The notes below the pieces were generated by a model, which saw only the letters and a list, made by a program, of their open reading frames with translations, made no database searches and was not told the origin of the DNA. The position numbers were made by a program, and so were the translations under genes. Positions 7,396-14,757 of a stretch of DNA of 45,002 nt are shown here, in pieces. The stretch comes from a virus. The stretch is taken from positions 1 to 45,002 of IMG/VR virus record IMGVR_UViG_3300045988_174610, one strand, 5' to 3'. Within the stretch, counting starts at the first letter, position 1; each line of letters begins with the position of its first letter.

Positions 7396-8339
7396 GGTGT
7401 GTCAGTTCCTTGCTCGTAAGCCTTGACCCAGGACTCGTCCGGGATGTCCGGTCGTGCCTGGGCAGGGGCTGGTTCCGGTTCGGTTTGCTCGATTACTTCG
7501 GGTTCTTCTTGCGGCGTGACGGGATCAATCTCTTGTCCCTTATCGACAAACGTCGTGTCAATGAAGTCGGTTTCAGTAACGGCTTCGCCACGGTCAGACT
7601 TTTCGTCGATCTCGACGGCGCGCACGGCTTCGATGCTCACGGGCAGGTACTTGAAGAGCTTGCGCACAACCGTCTTGCGAGCCATCTCTTCCCAGTGCGT
7701 AACCCAAGGACCGGACTTGCCGGCTTTTGACTGCACGCGCACCGCTTCTATCTCAGCACGGCTCATGACTTCGAACTGCACGCCGCCGCCTTTGAGGACG
7801 GCCACGGCATAGACGTATGTCACGGGGCCGCGTTCTGCGAGCGGAGACGGGCGATGATGAATGTCCGGGTGAAGACCGAGTTCATACTCGAATTCGTCGG
7901 CTTCGTGTACGCAGTAGGCGTTGATCGAAACGATTTGGCCGGAGCGGCGAGCGAGATCGATCATGCCGCGGTAGCCGATGATGAGCTGGCAGTTCGGACG
8001 GCCATCGCGCGACTTGCCATTGCCGAAGGGCAGCAGGTAGCAGTGCCCCAGGGCGCTGCCGGGTTCCAGTCCAAGCTGTGCGCACTGCAGCACCGCGCCG
8101 AAGAACGATTCCTGATTGCACTGCATCAGCGCAGGAACCTTGCGGCATTCGGTCATCACGATACGTGTCAGTCGTTCGGCCGTCATGCTCTTGGGCAGAG
8201 CAAGCGCCATTTGCGCCTGGAAGGACTTGCTGCGCACGATGTCGAGCATGGTGCCGGTTTTGGCGGTTGTAGCCGCGGTTGCGGCTGCGCGTGCTTTTGC
8301 CGGAGCAACGGTTCTTTTAAGTTGTTCGGTGGTGCTCAT
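7392..8339 (-). CDS. recT: RecT-family single-strand annealing protein
   Basis: CYLLPFGN...QLIIGYRGMIDLARRSGQI and downstream motifs typical of RecT. Paired with an exonuclease gene. Confidence 0.85.
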   Translation of the reverse strand: MSTTEQLKRTVAPAKARAAATAATTAKTGTMLDIVRSKSFQAQMALALPKSMTAERLTRIVMTECRKVPALMQCNQESFFGAVLQCAQLGLEPGSALGHCYLLPFGNGKSRDGRPNCQLIIGYRGMIDLARRSGQIVSINAYCVHEADEFEYELGLHPDIHHRPSPLAERGPVTYVYAVAVLKGGGVQFEVMSRAEIEAVRVQSKAGKSGPWVTHWEEMARKTVVRKLFKYLPVSIEAVRAVEIDEKSDRGEAVTETDFIDTTFVDKGQEIDPVTPQEEPEVIEQTEPEPAPAQARPDIPDESWVKAYEQGTDTP

Positions 8340-8357
8340 GTTTGTGTCTCCAATGTA

Positions 8358-9362
8358 TTAAGCCGAGAGTCGGAACACGCGGGATTCAGAAGTTTTGACG
8401 TATGCCGCATAAGTCTCCGGCTGCTCTTTCTTGAATCGGGTGGAGTCGAATCGATTTGCTTTCTGATACTTGAAAGTGCAGGCCTTCTCGCCAGCGATGG
8501 TGAAGCCCGTCTTTTCTCCGAGGGCTGCGCAGATTCGATCCTTGACAACCTTTTGTTCACCTTCGAGTTCCTTGATTCGCTCAGTGATGGTTCGCAGTTC
8601 TCCGATGTCGGCAGCCACTTCATTGGTTGCCTCGATCATCTCGCCGTCATCCTGAGCGAAAAGCTTCTGCACCTCCTCCTGGGTGGCGGGAGCCGGCGGC
8701 ACCTGCGCGAGGACGTTTTGGTACCAGAACTCGCGGCACTGCGACTGCAGGGCGTCGATCACGTCGTTGTCACGAGCGACGCAGTAAATGCGGAAGTCCT
8801 GGCCTCCGAGTAGTGCGGCCACATAGCAGCGCTTGGCGCCAGTCACCCCCATGTACCACTGAACCTGCGTCTCGTAGTAGATGGGGATTTTGTGCTCGGT
8901 TACGATCTTGCCTGCCACGATCTCGGCCTCTTGGCTCGGCCCCCACTGATCGGCGATAAAGCTTGACGCTGTTTTGCACTCGAGGATCGCGTCGGTTGTG
9001 AGGAGGCGCCCGGTCTCTGCCTGCTTGTCTTCGTCCAAGACTCGGACGTTGCCCGAGAGTTCGGGGTTCACAACGGCTCGGTCGATGTTGGCGTGCATCC
9101 AACCGTCGAGCGAGAGCTGCGAGTTGACCTTCTGCACTTTCATGCCGGTTCGCTTTTGGAACTCTTTGGACACGATGTCTTCGAGCTGAGTTCCCCAGTA
9201 GGCAACCTGGCTCTGCTCTGAGTCGGAAACTTCTCCGACCTTGTCGTTGTAAACGTCAAGTGCCGACTTGTATCGGCTAAGTCCGAGGATTGCGGCGACG
9301 TCGCTGCCGCCGATGCCTGTTTGTCGTGTCTTGAGCCATTCAAGGCGTTCTGCTGATGTCAT
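8358..9362 (-). CDS. YqaJ-type (lambda Exo-like) recombination exonuclease
   Basis: N-terminal WLKTRQTGIGGSDVAAILGLSRYKSALDVY is the YqaJ signature. Immediately upstream of recT. Confidence 0.8.
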   Translation of the reverse strand: MTSAERLEWLKTRQTGIGGSDVAAILGLSRYKSALDVYNDKVGEVSDSEQSQVAYWGTQLEDIVSKEFQKRTGMKVQKVNSQLSLDGWMHANIDRAVVNPELSGNVRVLDEDKQAETGRLLTTDAILECKTASSFIADQWGPSQEAEIVAGKIVTEHKIPIYYETQVQWYMGVTGAKRCYVAALLGGQDFRIYCVARDNDVIDALQSQCREFWYQNVLAQVPPAPATQEEVQKLFAQDDGEMIEATNEVAADIGELRTITERIKELEGEQKVVKDRICAALGEKTGFTIAGEKACTFKYQKANRFDSTRFKKEQPETYAAYVKTSESRVFRLSA

Positions 9363-9372
9363 GGTTGTGTCC

Positions 9373-9552
9373 CTAGATGAACGGTGCGAGTTTCCAAAAA
9401 AGAAGCGCAGCGACTCCGGCGAAGGAGACTGCGCTGCTGGCGATGAGAACTCGGTACTTTTTGACGAGTGCTCGGCGCGCCTGCCATTTGTGGATAAGCG
9501 CCTGGCGCTCTTTGTGCTTCTGCAGTGCTGGGTCGAAGTAAGCCTCTGTCAT
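9373..9552 (-). CDS. Small membrane protein (59 aa, below the ORF-track cut-off)
   Basis: Own translation: MTEAYFDPALQKHKERQALIHKWQARRALVKKYRVLIASSAVSFAGVAALLFWKLAPFI. Ends 10 nt before the exonuclease start. Confidence 0.4.
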   Translation of the reverse strand: MTEAYFDPALQKHKERQALIHKWQARRALVKKYRVLIASSAVSFAGVAALLFWKLAPFI

Positions 9553-9605
9553 GTCGGCTCCGGAAAAAGAAAAAGCCCCGCGGATGCGAGGCTTGGTGTG
9601 GGTAC

Positions 9606-9629
9606 AAAAAAAGCCGCCCTGAGGCGGCT
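9606..9629 (-). terminator. Rho-independent terminator (one of a cluster of hairpins at 9565-9776)
   Basis: Reverse strand: AGCCGCC-TCAG-GGCGGCT followed by TTTTTTT. Further hairpins at about 9570-9592, 9652-9690 and 9755-9776. Confidence 0.65.
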
Positions 9630-9789
9630 CATAGAATTTGGTGCATAAGGCAAAGCCCCGAAGGCTTGCGCCTACGGGGCCGTAAATGTCGCTGCGGGCG
9701 ATTGCCGTCTCGACTCCGCAGAGGCCTGACTTTTTTAGGGACAGGACTTAATACAAGCATGGGCTCCCCCATGCTGTGCCAAGTTGAAT

Positions 9790-10266
9790 TTACCACGGGC
9801 AGGAATCTACTTCAAGCGGCAGGTTGAAAACTTTGTAAGTGTCGTTTTCGTACTTAATTGATCCCTCTACGCCCATCCCTGCGAGTACGCCAGTGAGAAT
9901 CTCACACATCGTGCCTGGAGGAAGAATTATTGAGTTGTATTGTCTTTTTCCCTGATACTTCCCTAGGCGAGGGGCGTTCAACCGAGAATAGCTGAGAGTG
10001 TAGAGCATATCGCACTTGGCCCAGCAACGTAACTCTGGATAATCAGGACTTATTTGTTGATTCAATAAAACCTCTACGTTAAAGCCAGCAGGGTGTGCAG
10101 GCTGTGTGGTGCTGAGAGGGACAACTGAAGCTACGCCAAATCTGTTTCTGTATTTCGGAGAGATGCATACGACAGGTCTCCTTTTGACCATCTCCGGCGG
10201 GGCAAATTCTTTCGGGAAGTCACAAATAAGAATCTGTCCGAAGGTAGGTTGGAAATGTAATGCCAT
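9790..10266 (-). CDS. PemK/MazF-superfamily (YifN-like) toxin-fold protein, AT-rich moron
   Basis: MALHFQPTFGQILICDF..EFAPPEMVKRRPVVCISP......VASVVPLSTT matches the SH3-like barrel signature of MazF/PemK (G.I...DF...E..K.RP.vv.s....v.vvPlsT). ATG at 10266. Visibly lower GC than its neighbours. Confidence 0.6.
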   Translation of the reverse strand: MALHFQPTFGQILICDFPKEFAPPEMVKRRPVVCISPKYRNRFGVASVVPLSTTQPAHPAGFNVEVLLNQQISPDYPELRCWAKCDMLYTLSYSRLNAPRLGKYQGKRQYNSIILPPGTMCEILTGVLAGMGVEGSIKYENDTYKVFNLPLEVDSCPW

Positions 10267-10338
10267 GAAGTTTTTGGGAGCGTTAACAGAAACTTTCCTA
10301 AGAATACGCTCAAAGGGTGTAAAACACCACGTCAACCC

Positions 10339-10619
10339 GCTCAGCCCTTCGGAAATTCCGAATACCTGAGCGGCCTCACGTGGCTCCTCTCTTGCGAAAG
10401 GAGCTTGGCCTGACGGGGCGGCTGCACCCCCGCTAACGGTCTACGGTTGACTACGTAGCCGTGCCGCGCTCGGCTCCACTCTTGCCAAAGAGCTTCATAG
10501 CGTCCGGGGACTCACACCCCTAGTCGTCTCTTTTATTGAGTTGCGTCCTTTTGTCTGCCGCCCCGGGGTCTTTCGTATCGAGCAGGAGAGAACTCGATCA
10601 GGGCGGCAGACAGAAGGAC
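10339..10619 (-). other. Structured non-coding region: two repeated two-hairpin modules plus a 19-bp-stem long hairpin, upstream of the MazF-like gene
   Basis: GGCTCCtCTCTTGCgAAAGgAGCTT...CGGGG(8 nt)CCCC at 10381-10430 is repeated as GGCTCCaCTCTTGCcAAAGAGCTT...CGGGG(7 nt)CCCC at 10462-10520. Hairpin GTCCTTTTGTCTGCCGCCC...GGGCGGCAGACAGAAGGAC at 10546-10619. Hairpin CTCAG..TTCGGAAATTCCGAA..CTGAG at 10340-10370. No ORF of 60 aa or more on the minus (locally transcribed) strand; only short plus-strand ORFs clip the two edges. Confidence 0.5.
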
Positions 10620-10635
10620 GTGCCTTCTGGTTTGG

Positions 10636-10758
10636 TTAGTCAGGTATTGATCCGATCACGCTCATGCACGCGAGGAACGTGCCGACAGCAACGATCAGTC
10701 CGATGGGCGAATCGCCGTGCTCGTCAGCGGTGAGCATCCAGTCAAGCAGCTTGCGCAT
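10636..10758 (-). CDS. Possible 40-aa membrane peptide
   Basis: Own translation: MRKLLDWMLTADEHGDSPIGLIVAVGTFLACMSVIGSIPD. Overlaps the stop of the upstream gene. Uncertain. Confidence 0.25.
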   Translation of the reverse strand: MRKLLDWMLTADEHGDSPIGLIVAVGTFLACMSVIGSIPD

Positions 10759-11128
10759 CGATCTGCTCCTTCACTTCGTTGATGAAGCCTTCGGCATACT
10801 CGACCAAGGACAGGGCGCCGGCGTGGCCTGTGGAAACGTCGATCTGTCCGCCCTTGTAGGCGAGGACAAGGCCGCAGTCTGTGAGCGACCACTCGGCTAC
10901 GAACTGACAGCGAACCGCGTTGATCGTTCCTTCTGTGTTGGCCTTGAGGTTTCGGGTGCCTGTGCAGAAGTCCTCGAACGGAACGTCCATCAGCCAAGCT
11001 TTGAATCCGTCGTAGCAAGAGACGCTGATGTCAACCGTCTTGCCGTTGCGGCAACGCAGGTGGCAGTAGACGCCTCGTGCAATGCAGTGCTCGTACTTGC
11101 CGTCGATGGGTTTGAAGTGTGTCGTCAT
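10742..11128 (-). CDS. Hypothetical Cys-rich protein (128 aa)
   Basis: ATG at 11128 with GAGGAGA upstream. The ORF-track N-terminal extension (MRGGPPPP..) is unlikely. Confidence 0.55.
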   Translation of the reverse strand: MTTHFKPIDGKYEHCIARGVYCHLRCRNGKTVDISVSCYDGFKAWLMDVPFEDFCTGTRNLKANTEGTINAVRCQFVAEWSLTDCGLVLAYKGGQIDVSTGHAGALSLVEYAEGFINEVKEQIDAQAA

Positions 11129-11139
11129 TGCTGTTCTCC

Positions 11140-11439
11140 TCACCAAGGGTGGCGGCGGACCGCCTCGCACTCTTCTTCATCGGTCAGCGCGTCCTGGTAG
11201 GCAACGCGCTCTTCTCTGCGAAGCGTGTCGGCGTCATCGGTGGCACCGAAGGCGTCTTCCAGGAAGTCCGCGAAGTAGTCGGCGAGGATGATCCGGGCGC
11301 GCCCCTTGGCACTTTCGAGGCTCTTGTAGATCAGCTCGTCGACGTCGTTGCGGAACTTGGCCTGGATCTCAGCAGCAGATCTCATGTCCCTGGCGGACTG
11401 TGCGAGGCCGAAGGTGTCGATGGTTGGAGTGCGAAGCAT
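11140..11439 (-). CDS. First gene of the early-left operon, hypothetical acidic protein (99 aa)
   Basis: Uninterrupted ORF directly downstream of the operator-rich region. Confidence 0.5.
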   Translation of the reverse strand: MLRTPTIDTFGLAQSARDMRSAAEIQAKFRNDVDELIYKSLESAKGRARIILADYFADFLEDAFGATDDADTLRREERVAYQDALTDEEECEAVRRHPW

Positions 11440-11440
11440 G

Positions 11441-11575
11441 GTGTTTTCTTCGAAAGTAAATAGTGTTGTTTGGTGTTGTGAATTTCACCACAAATAACAC
11501 CAAAAATCAACACCAAGAGAACACCAGTTAGGTGAGGAAAATAGTTGTTGTTTGACTTAAGTCAAAATTTGGGCG
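11441..11575. promoter_or_regulatory. OL/PL-like control region with repeated AACACC/GGTGTT half-sites
   Basis: GTGTTGTTTGGTGTTG at 11463-11478 (near-identical copy at 13579). AACACCA x3 at 11496-11527. Perfect 14-bp palindrome TTGACTTAAGTCAA at 11553-11566. Confidence 0.55.
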
Positions 11576-11601
11576 CAAAAAAACCGCCCCGAAGGGCGGT
11601 T
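11575..11601 (-). terminator. Rho-independent terminator of the repressor operon
   Basis: Reverse strand: AACCGCCC-TTCG-GGGCGGTT followed by TTTTTTT. Confidence 0.75.
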
Positions 11602-11622
11602 CATTTGTGGATAACAAACGGT

Positions 11623-12372
11623 TTAGGCAATTAGATCTGACTGCATCGCGTTTTTCTCAAGGTTAGAGATCAAAATAATGTTGGCATGGCTTGTCAGAAT
11701 ATTTTTTTCTCTGTTTGCAGCCTCTTTTGATAGGCGGTCATCGATAACAGCGATGGTCTGTACAGAATTACGAATGTTCTCAGGAATGGCAAGAACTTTT
11801 CGCAAGAACCCTGCGCTAGCGTTAGCAGTAGGGGTAATCGCATCCACGTATTTGTCGTCGATCTTAAAGTCAAACTCAAGTTGCATCCCGGAGATGCCTG
11901 CAATTTTTGGTCTATCGACTAATTCTTTTGTTGGCCACCAGCGCTTGAACAGTTTTTTTGATTCTTCTACAAGGTTCTTTTTGGCTCTGGATTCAAATGC
12001 GTGCTCTGTCAGCCAGTCATCAATAGCAAACATCGTACGTAGATAATTTGCCACAGCCGTTTCTGCGTTCGTGAATGATGTGTAAACCTCAAAAACGCCA
12101 GACCGGCTTAGATTGACATTCCTCATGCTGGCAATCTTACGAAGCGCTGCCCATCTGTGATGGCTTGACATGTTGATGCCGCACGAAACAATCTCGTGCA
12201 TGGTGAGGCCATCATCAAAGATGTGGAACGATGTACCTACTTTTTCAACGAACACGTCGAACGGAGCTCCGTTCAACATTCTGAACGGAGAGCTCAGTGC
12301 AAAAAGTTCTGAATCATCCCGAGTTTCTTCGGGGTAGAGACCGAAACCTAGGTTTTCGATTGAAATGCTCAT
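11623..12372 (-). CDS. DUF1828/DUF1829-like two-domain protein, distal gene of the repressor operon
   Basis: 249-aa ORF in an AT-rich segment. The family assignment is from memory of the architecture only (N-terminal F.IFDDG.T..E.. region, C-terminal F.FDF.I.. region). ATGA coupling to the upstream gene. Confidence 0.5.
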   Translation of the reverse strand: MSISIENLGFGLYPEETRDDSELFALSSPFRMLNGAPFDVFVEKVGTSFHIFDDGLTMHEIVSCGINMSSHHRWAALRKIASMRNVNLSRSGVFEVYTSFTNAETAVANYLRTMFAIDDWLTEHAFESRAKKNLVEESKKLFKRWWPTKELVDRPKIAGISGMQLEFDFKIDDKYVDAITPTANASAGFLRKVLAIPENIRNSVQTIAVIDDRLSKEAANREKNILTSHANIILISNLEKNAMQSDLIA

Positions 12373-12878
12373 GGCAACAGCACTAATATCTTTGGATCCT
12401 GCAGTTCAGGATCAAATGAAATGTTCGATTTTTTCCCGAACATTTTAGCGGCACGAGCGACATCGACTGTCGCTCCAAGTTCTGATTCGTCGATAGTGGT
12501 ACGTTCTTTGCCAAAGTGAATGTGTGGCCAGTTTGGATCTGTTTGTTTGCCTTTCTTGTTTAGCGGTCGTCTGGATTCAAGCTGAACAACTCTGTCTCTG
12601 GACTGAGTTGCTTTGTCATTCTGCCAAAGAGTCAGCGTGATCTTTTCGTGTTTTGTTCTCATGCCAAACGTGTAGGTGCCTTCGACAAGTAACCCTTTGG
12701 TCGTCATTCCGAATTCATCTTCAGGCGCACTGTAACAGGTAAAAGTTTGTTGAGTGTGGTCACCTCTTGACGAACGAGACATCTCCCAAGAGGCATCCCG
12801 ACAAATTCTGTGTTCGGCCGTAATTTCTTTGGCTTCTTCGGTTGTTACCAGCGAGCTCTCTCCGTTAGATTTTCGCAT
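12369..12878 (-). CDS. Hypothetical protein (169 aa; contains NWPHIHFG), middle gene of the repressor operon
   Basis: AT-rich ORF starting 9 nt after the repressor stop and translationally coupled to 11623..12372. Confidence 0.55.
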   Translation of the reverse strand: MRKSNGESSLVTTEEAKEITAEHRICRDASWEMSRSSRGDHTQQTFTCYSAPEDEFGMTTKGLLVEGTYTFGMRTKHEKITLTLWQNDKATQSRDRVVQLESRRPLNKKGKQTDPNWPHIHFGKERTTIDESELGATVDVARAAKMFGKKSNISFDPELQDPKILVLLP

Positions 12879-12886
12879 GGTTTCTC

Positions 12887-13528
12887 CTATCTCATCTTGA
12901 TTCGTTTCTCGACAACAACACCAAGAAGGTCAATCTCAAATTCCTTGGAAGACAGTGTTGGAAATAGAGGATTCAGTGGGCGCAGCTCGAACGTTTCCAC
13001 GCCGTTGCGGTCAATGCCGGTAACAGCGTATTGCTTGATGGTTGCCTCGTTGTCAGGAGAGTTGGCTACTCTGGCAACAACATAATCGCCTGGGTTTGCG
13101 GACAATGTCGGATCGACGATGACAATTTCGCCCTGGTAAAAGGCGGGCTCCATAGATTTGCCTCGGATTTTTAGGCCGTAAGACCCGTCAGGCATATCTT
13201 CAGGAACATCAATCCACTCATCAAAAGAGTCATCCCCTGTGTTGGTCCAGTTGCCTGCCTGGACGAAAGAGAGAATGGGTATTTTCTTGCCGAAGCGCGT
13301 CGGTACCTGTTCGATCTCGTGTGGCTCGTCCAGATAGCCGCGAGGCAATTTCAGCTTTTCTTCAATTGCACGGGCAACTTTTGGACCGAAGGATTTGGTG
13401 CCCGTAAGCATGTCATTGACCTGTGAAGATGCTCGTTCAATGGCGCGAGCGAGTTCAGCGTTAGACGTGAAGCGCTTATCCCGAATCTTCTGAAGGTTTT
13501 CTCTGCGTGTTGCAGGTAAATCGATCAT
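12887..13528 (-). CDS. cI: CI/LexA-like repressor (HTH_XRE + S24 autopeptidase)
   Basis: N-terminal HTH (NAELARAIERASSQVNDMLTG). C-terminal S24 domain with catalytic GKSMEP Ser and the downstream Lys in TIKQY. Divergent from the cro-like gene. Confidence 0.85.
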   Translation of the reverse strand: MIDLPATRRENLQKIRDKRFTSNAELARAIERASSQVNDMLTGTKSFGPKVARAIEEKLKLPRGYLDEPHEIEQVPTRFGKKIPILSFVQAGNWTNTGDDSFDEWIDVPEDMPDGSYGLKIRGKSMEPAFYQGEIVIVDPTLSANPGDYVVARVANSPDNEATIKQYAVTGIDRNGVETFELRPLNPLFPTLSSKEFEIDLLGVVVEKRIKMR

Positions 13529-13660
13529 GGTTTTCTCCCAAGATATACAGCATGTTAACCAAAATAATCACCTTTGAAGTGTTGTTTGGGGTTGCGTCAT
13601 AACACCAAATCAGTGTATCATGCAGTGTGATTTTCGAACACTTACAAGGTGTTGACATCC
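13529..13660. promoter_or_regulatory. OR-like divergent control region (PRM/PR) sharing operator motifs with 11441-11575
   Basis: GTGTTGTTTGGGGTTG at 13579-13594, AACACCA at 13601, GGTGTT at 13648, AACACT at 13637. Confidence 0.55.
13592..13621 (+). promoter_or_regulatory. Candidate PR promoter (TTGCGT - 18 nt - TATCAT)
   Basis: Hexamers at 13592-13597 and 13616-13621, about 40 nt upstream of the cro-like ATG, overlapping an AACACC half-site. Confidence 0.35.
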
Positions 13661-13891
13661 ATGAATGAACACGCTACGGCTTTTTTCAAATCGCTCAAAC
13701 CTGCTGAACGGCGAGCCATTGCCACTCGGTGCGGCATCAAGCGCACATACCTGACGAATCTGATTTCGAGCAAGGAAAGGCATCCAGGCGTTGCCTTGGC
13801 TGCAAAGATCGAGACCGTTACTAACGGTCGGATAACGCGCTGGGAGTTGCGCCCCGACATTGACTGGAAACTCTTCGAAGGTTTGTGCTGA
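13661..13891 (+). CDS. cro: Cro/YdaS-like HTH regulator
   Basis: 76 aa, AIATRCGIKRTYLTNLIS HTH. First rightward gene, opposite the repressor. Confidence 0.6.
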   Translation: MNEHATAFFKSLKPAERRAIATRCGIKRTYLTNLISSKERHPGVALAAKIETVTNGRITRWELRPDIDWKLFEGLC

Positions 13892-13905
13892 CTGCGAGGA
13901 TCGAA

Positions 13906-14757
13906 ATGGCAAGCGGCTTCGATCATTTCGCGTTCTTGCGCGCCATTCGCGACGACAAAAGGCTTGGCGTAGTCGAAAAGGCGGTTGCCGGCATTTCGTT
14001 GCTTGGACGCCGCAACCAGGATACTGCTCAGTGTGACCCGAGTCTGGCGACCATTTGCGCTGATGCCGGTGTGAAGGATGAACGCACGGTCGTGAAGGCA
14101 ATCGAGGCGCTTGTTCAATTCGGTCATGTCCAGGTCGTCAAAGCCCGAGGTCAACGGAACAAGTACGTTCTTATTAATCAAGAAGTGCCTGCATCTGATG
14201 TACCCGCATCAAAAGTACCTACATCCAATGTACCTACATTTGATGCACCTACATCCAATGCCACTAGAGTACCTACATCAGATGTGGGTACACCACCTAC
14301 ATCAGATGTAGGTCGAAGAAACCAAATAAGAAACCAAATAAGAAACAATAAGCGCGCGACCAAGGTCGCTCTGAATTTTTACGGCGTTTCAGAACAGATT
14401 GTTGAGGACTGGAAAGCCAACCGAAAAGCCAAGAGAGCAGTCATCAGCCAGTCGGTGATCGATGGCCTGAAGAAGAAAGCGGATGAAGCTCGCAGGCTTG
14501 GACACCCCGAGTGGGACCTTGAAGCCATTATGCGCGAACAGGTTGCAAGGGCTTGGCAAGGGTTCGAACTCTCTTGGGTGCTCAAGAAGGACGAGAAGCC
14601 GAAGCTGCCTCCGCTTGAACTCACTCCGGAAGCCAAGGCCAGAAGAAGAGCCGAGACGTTGCGTGCTCAAAGGCAGGACGAGGAAGACGATCAGCCAGGT
14701 GTTTTTGAAGACCTCGTTGGTCAAGTCTGGGAGGAGGTGAGACGTGCTCCCGGATAA
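13906..14757 (+). CDS. Replication initiator (lambda O-like role) with winged-helix N-terminus and internal iteron-encoded repeat
   Basis: GAGGA-ATG at 13906. N-terminal HTH-like region, a central VP(A/T)S(D/N) peptide repeat encoded by DNA iterons, and a basic C-terminus. Followed by the helicase gene. Confidence 0.6.
   Translation: MASGFDHFAFLRAIRDDKRLGVVEKAVAGISLLGRRNQDTAQCDPSLATICADAGVKDERTVVKAIEALVQFGHVQVVKARGQRNKYVLINQEVPASDVPASKVPTSNVPTFDAPTSNATRVPTSDVGTPPTSDVGRRNQIRNQIRNNKRATKVALNFYGVSEQIVEDWKANRKAKRAVISQSVIDGLKKKADEARRLGHPEWDLEAIMREQVARAWQGFELSWVLKKDEKPKLPPLELTPEAKARRRAETLRAQRQDEEDDQPGVFEDLVGQVWEEVRRAPG
14185..14350. repeat. Putative origin of replication: about 7 iterons of 15 bp (GTACCTACATC[CA][AG]AT) plus an A-rich AGAAACCAAATA repeat
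   Basis: 15-bp periodic units from 14185. Perfect palindrome CCTACATCAGATGTAGG at 14296-14312. AGAAACCAAATA x2 plus a partial copy at 14317-14350. Confidence 0.65.

Noticed and set aside
7854-8813. 319-aa plus-strand ORF
   Set aside because: It is antisense to the well-supported recT and exonuclease genes. It has a Gly/Ala/Arg-rich low-complexity translation with no start context, so it is a shadow ORF.
10339-10619. Structured region as a retron msr/msd
   Set aside because: There is no reverse transcriptase gene in the window and no obvious a1/a2 flanking inverted repeats with a conserved branching G context.
13610-14181. Minus-strand ORFs of 163 and 179 aa opposite the cro and initiator genes
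   Set aside because: They are antisense to better-supported rightward genes. Their translations are Arg/Ser/Pro-rich, and they would collide with the divergent promoter region.
14185-14350. Short regularly spaced repeats as a CRISPR array
   Set aside because: The units are 15 bp, contiguous, lie inside an ORF and translate into a peptide repeat. This is an iteron/ori pattern, not repeat-spacer architecture, and there are no cas genes.
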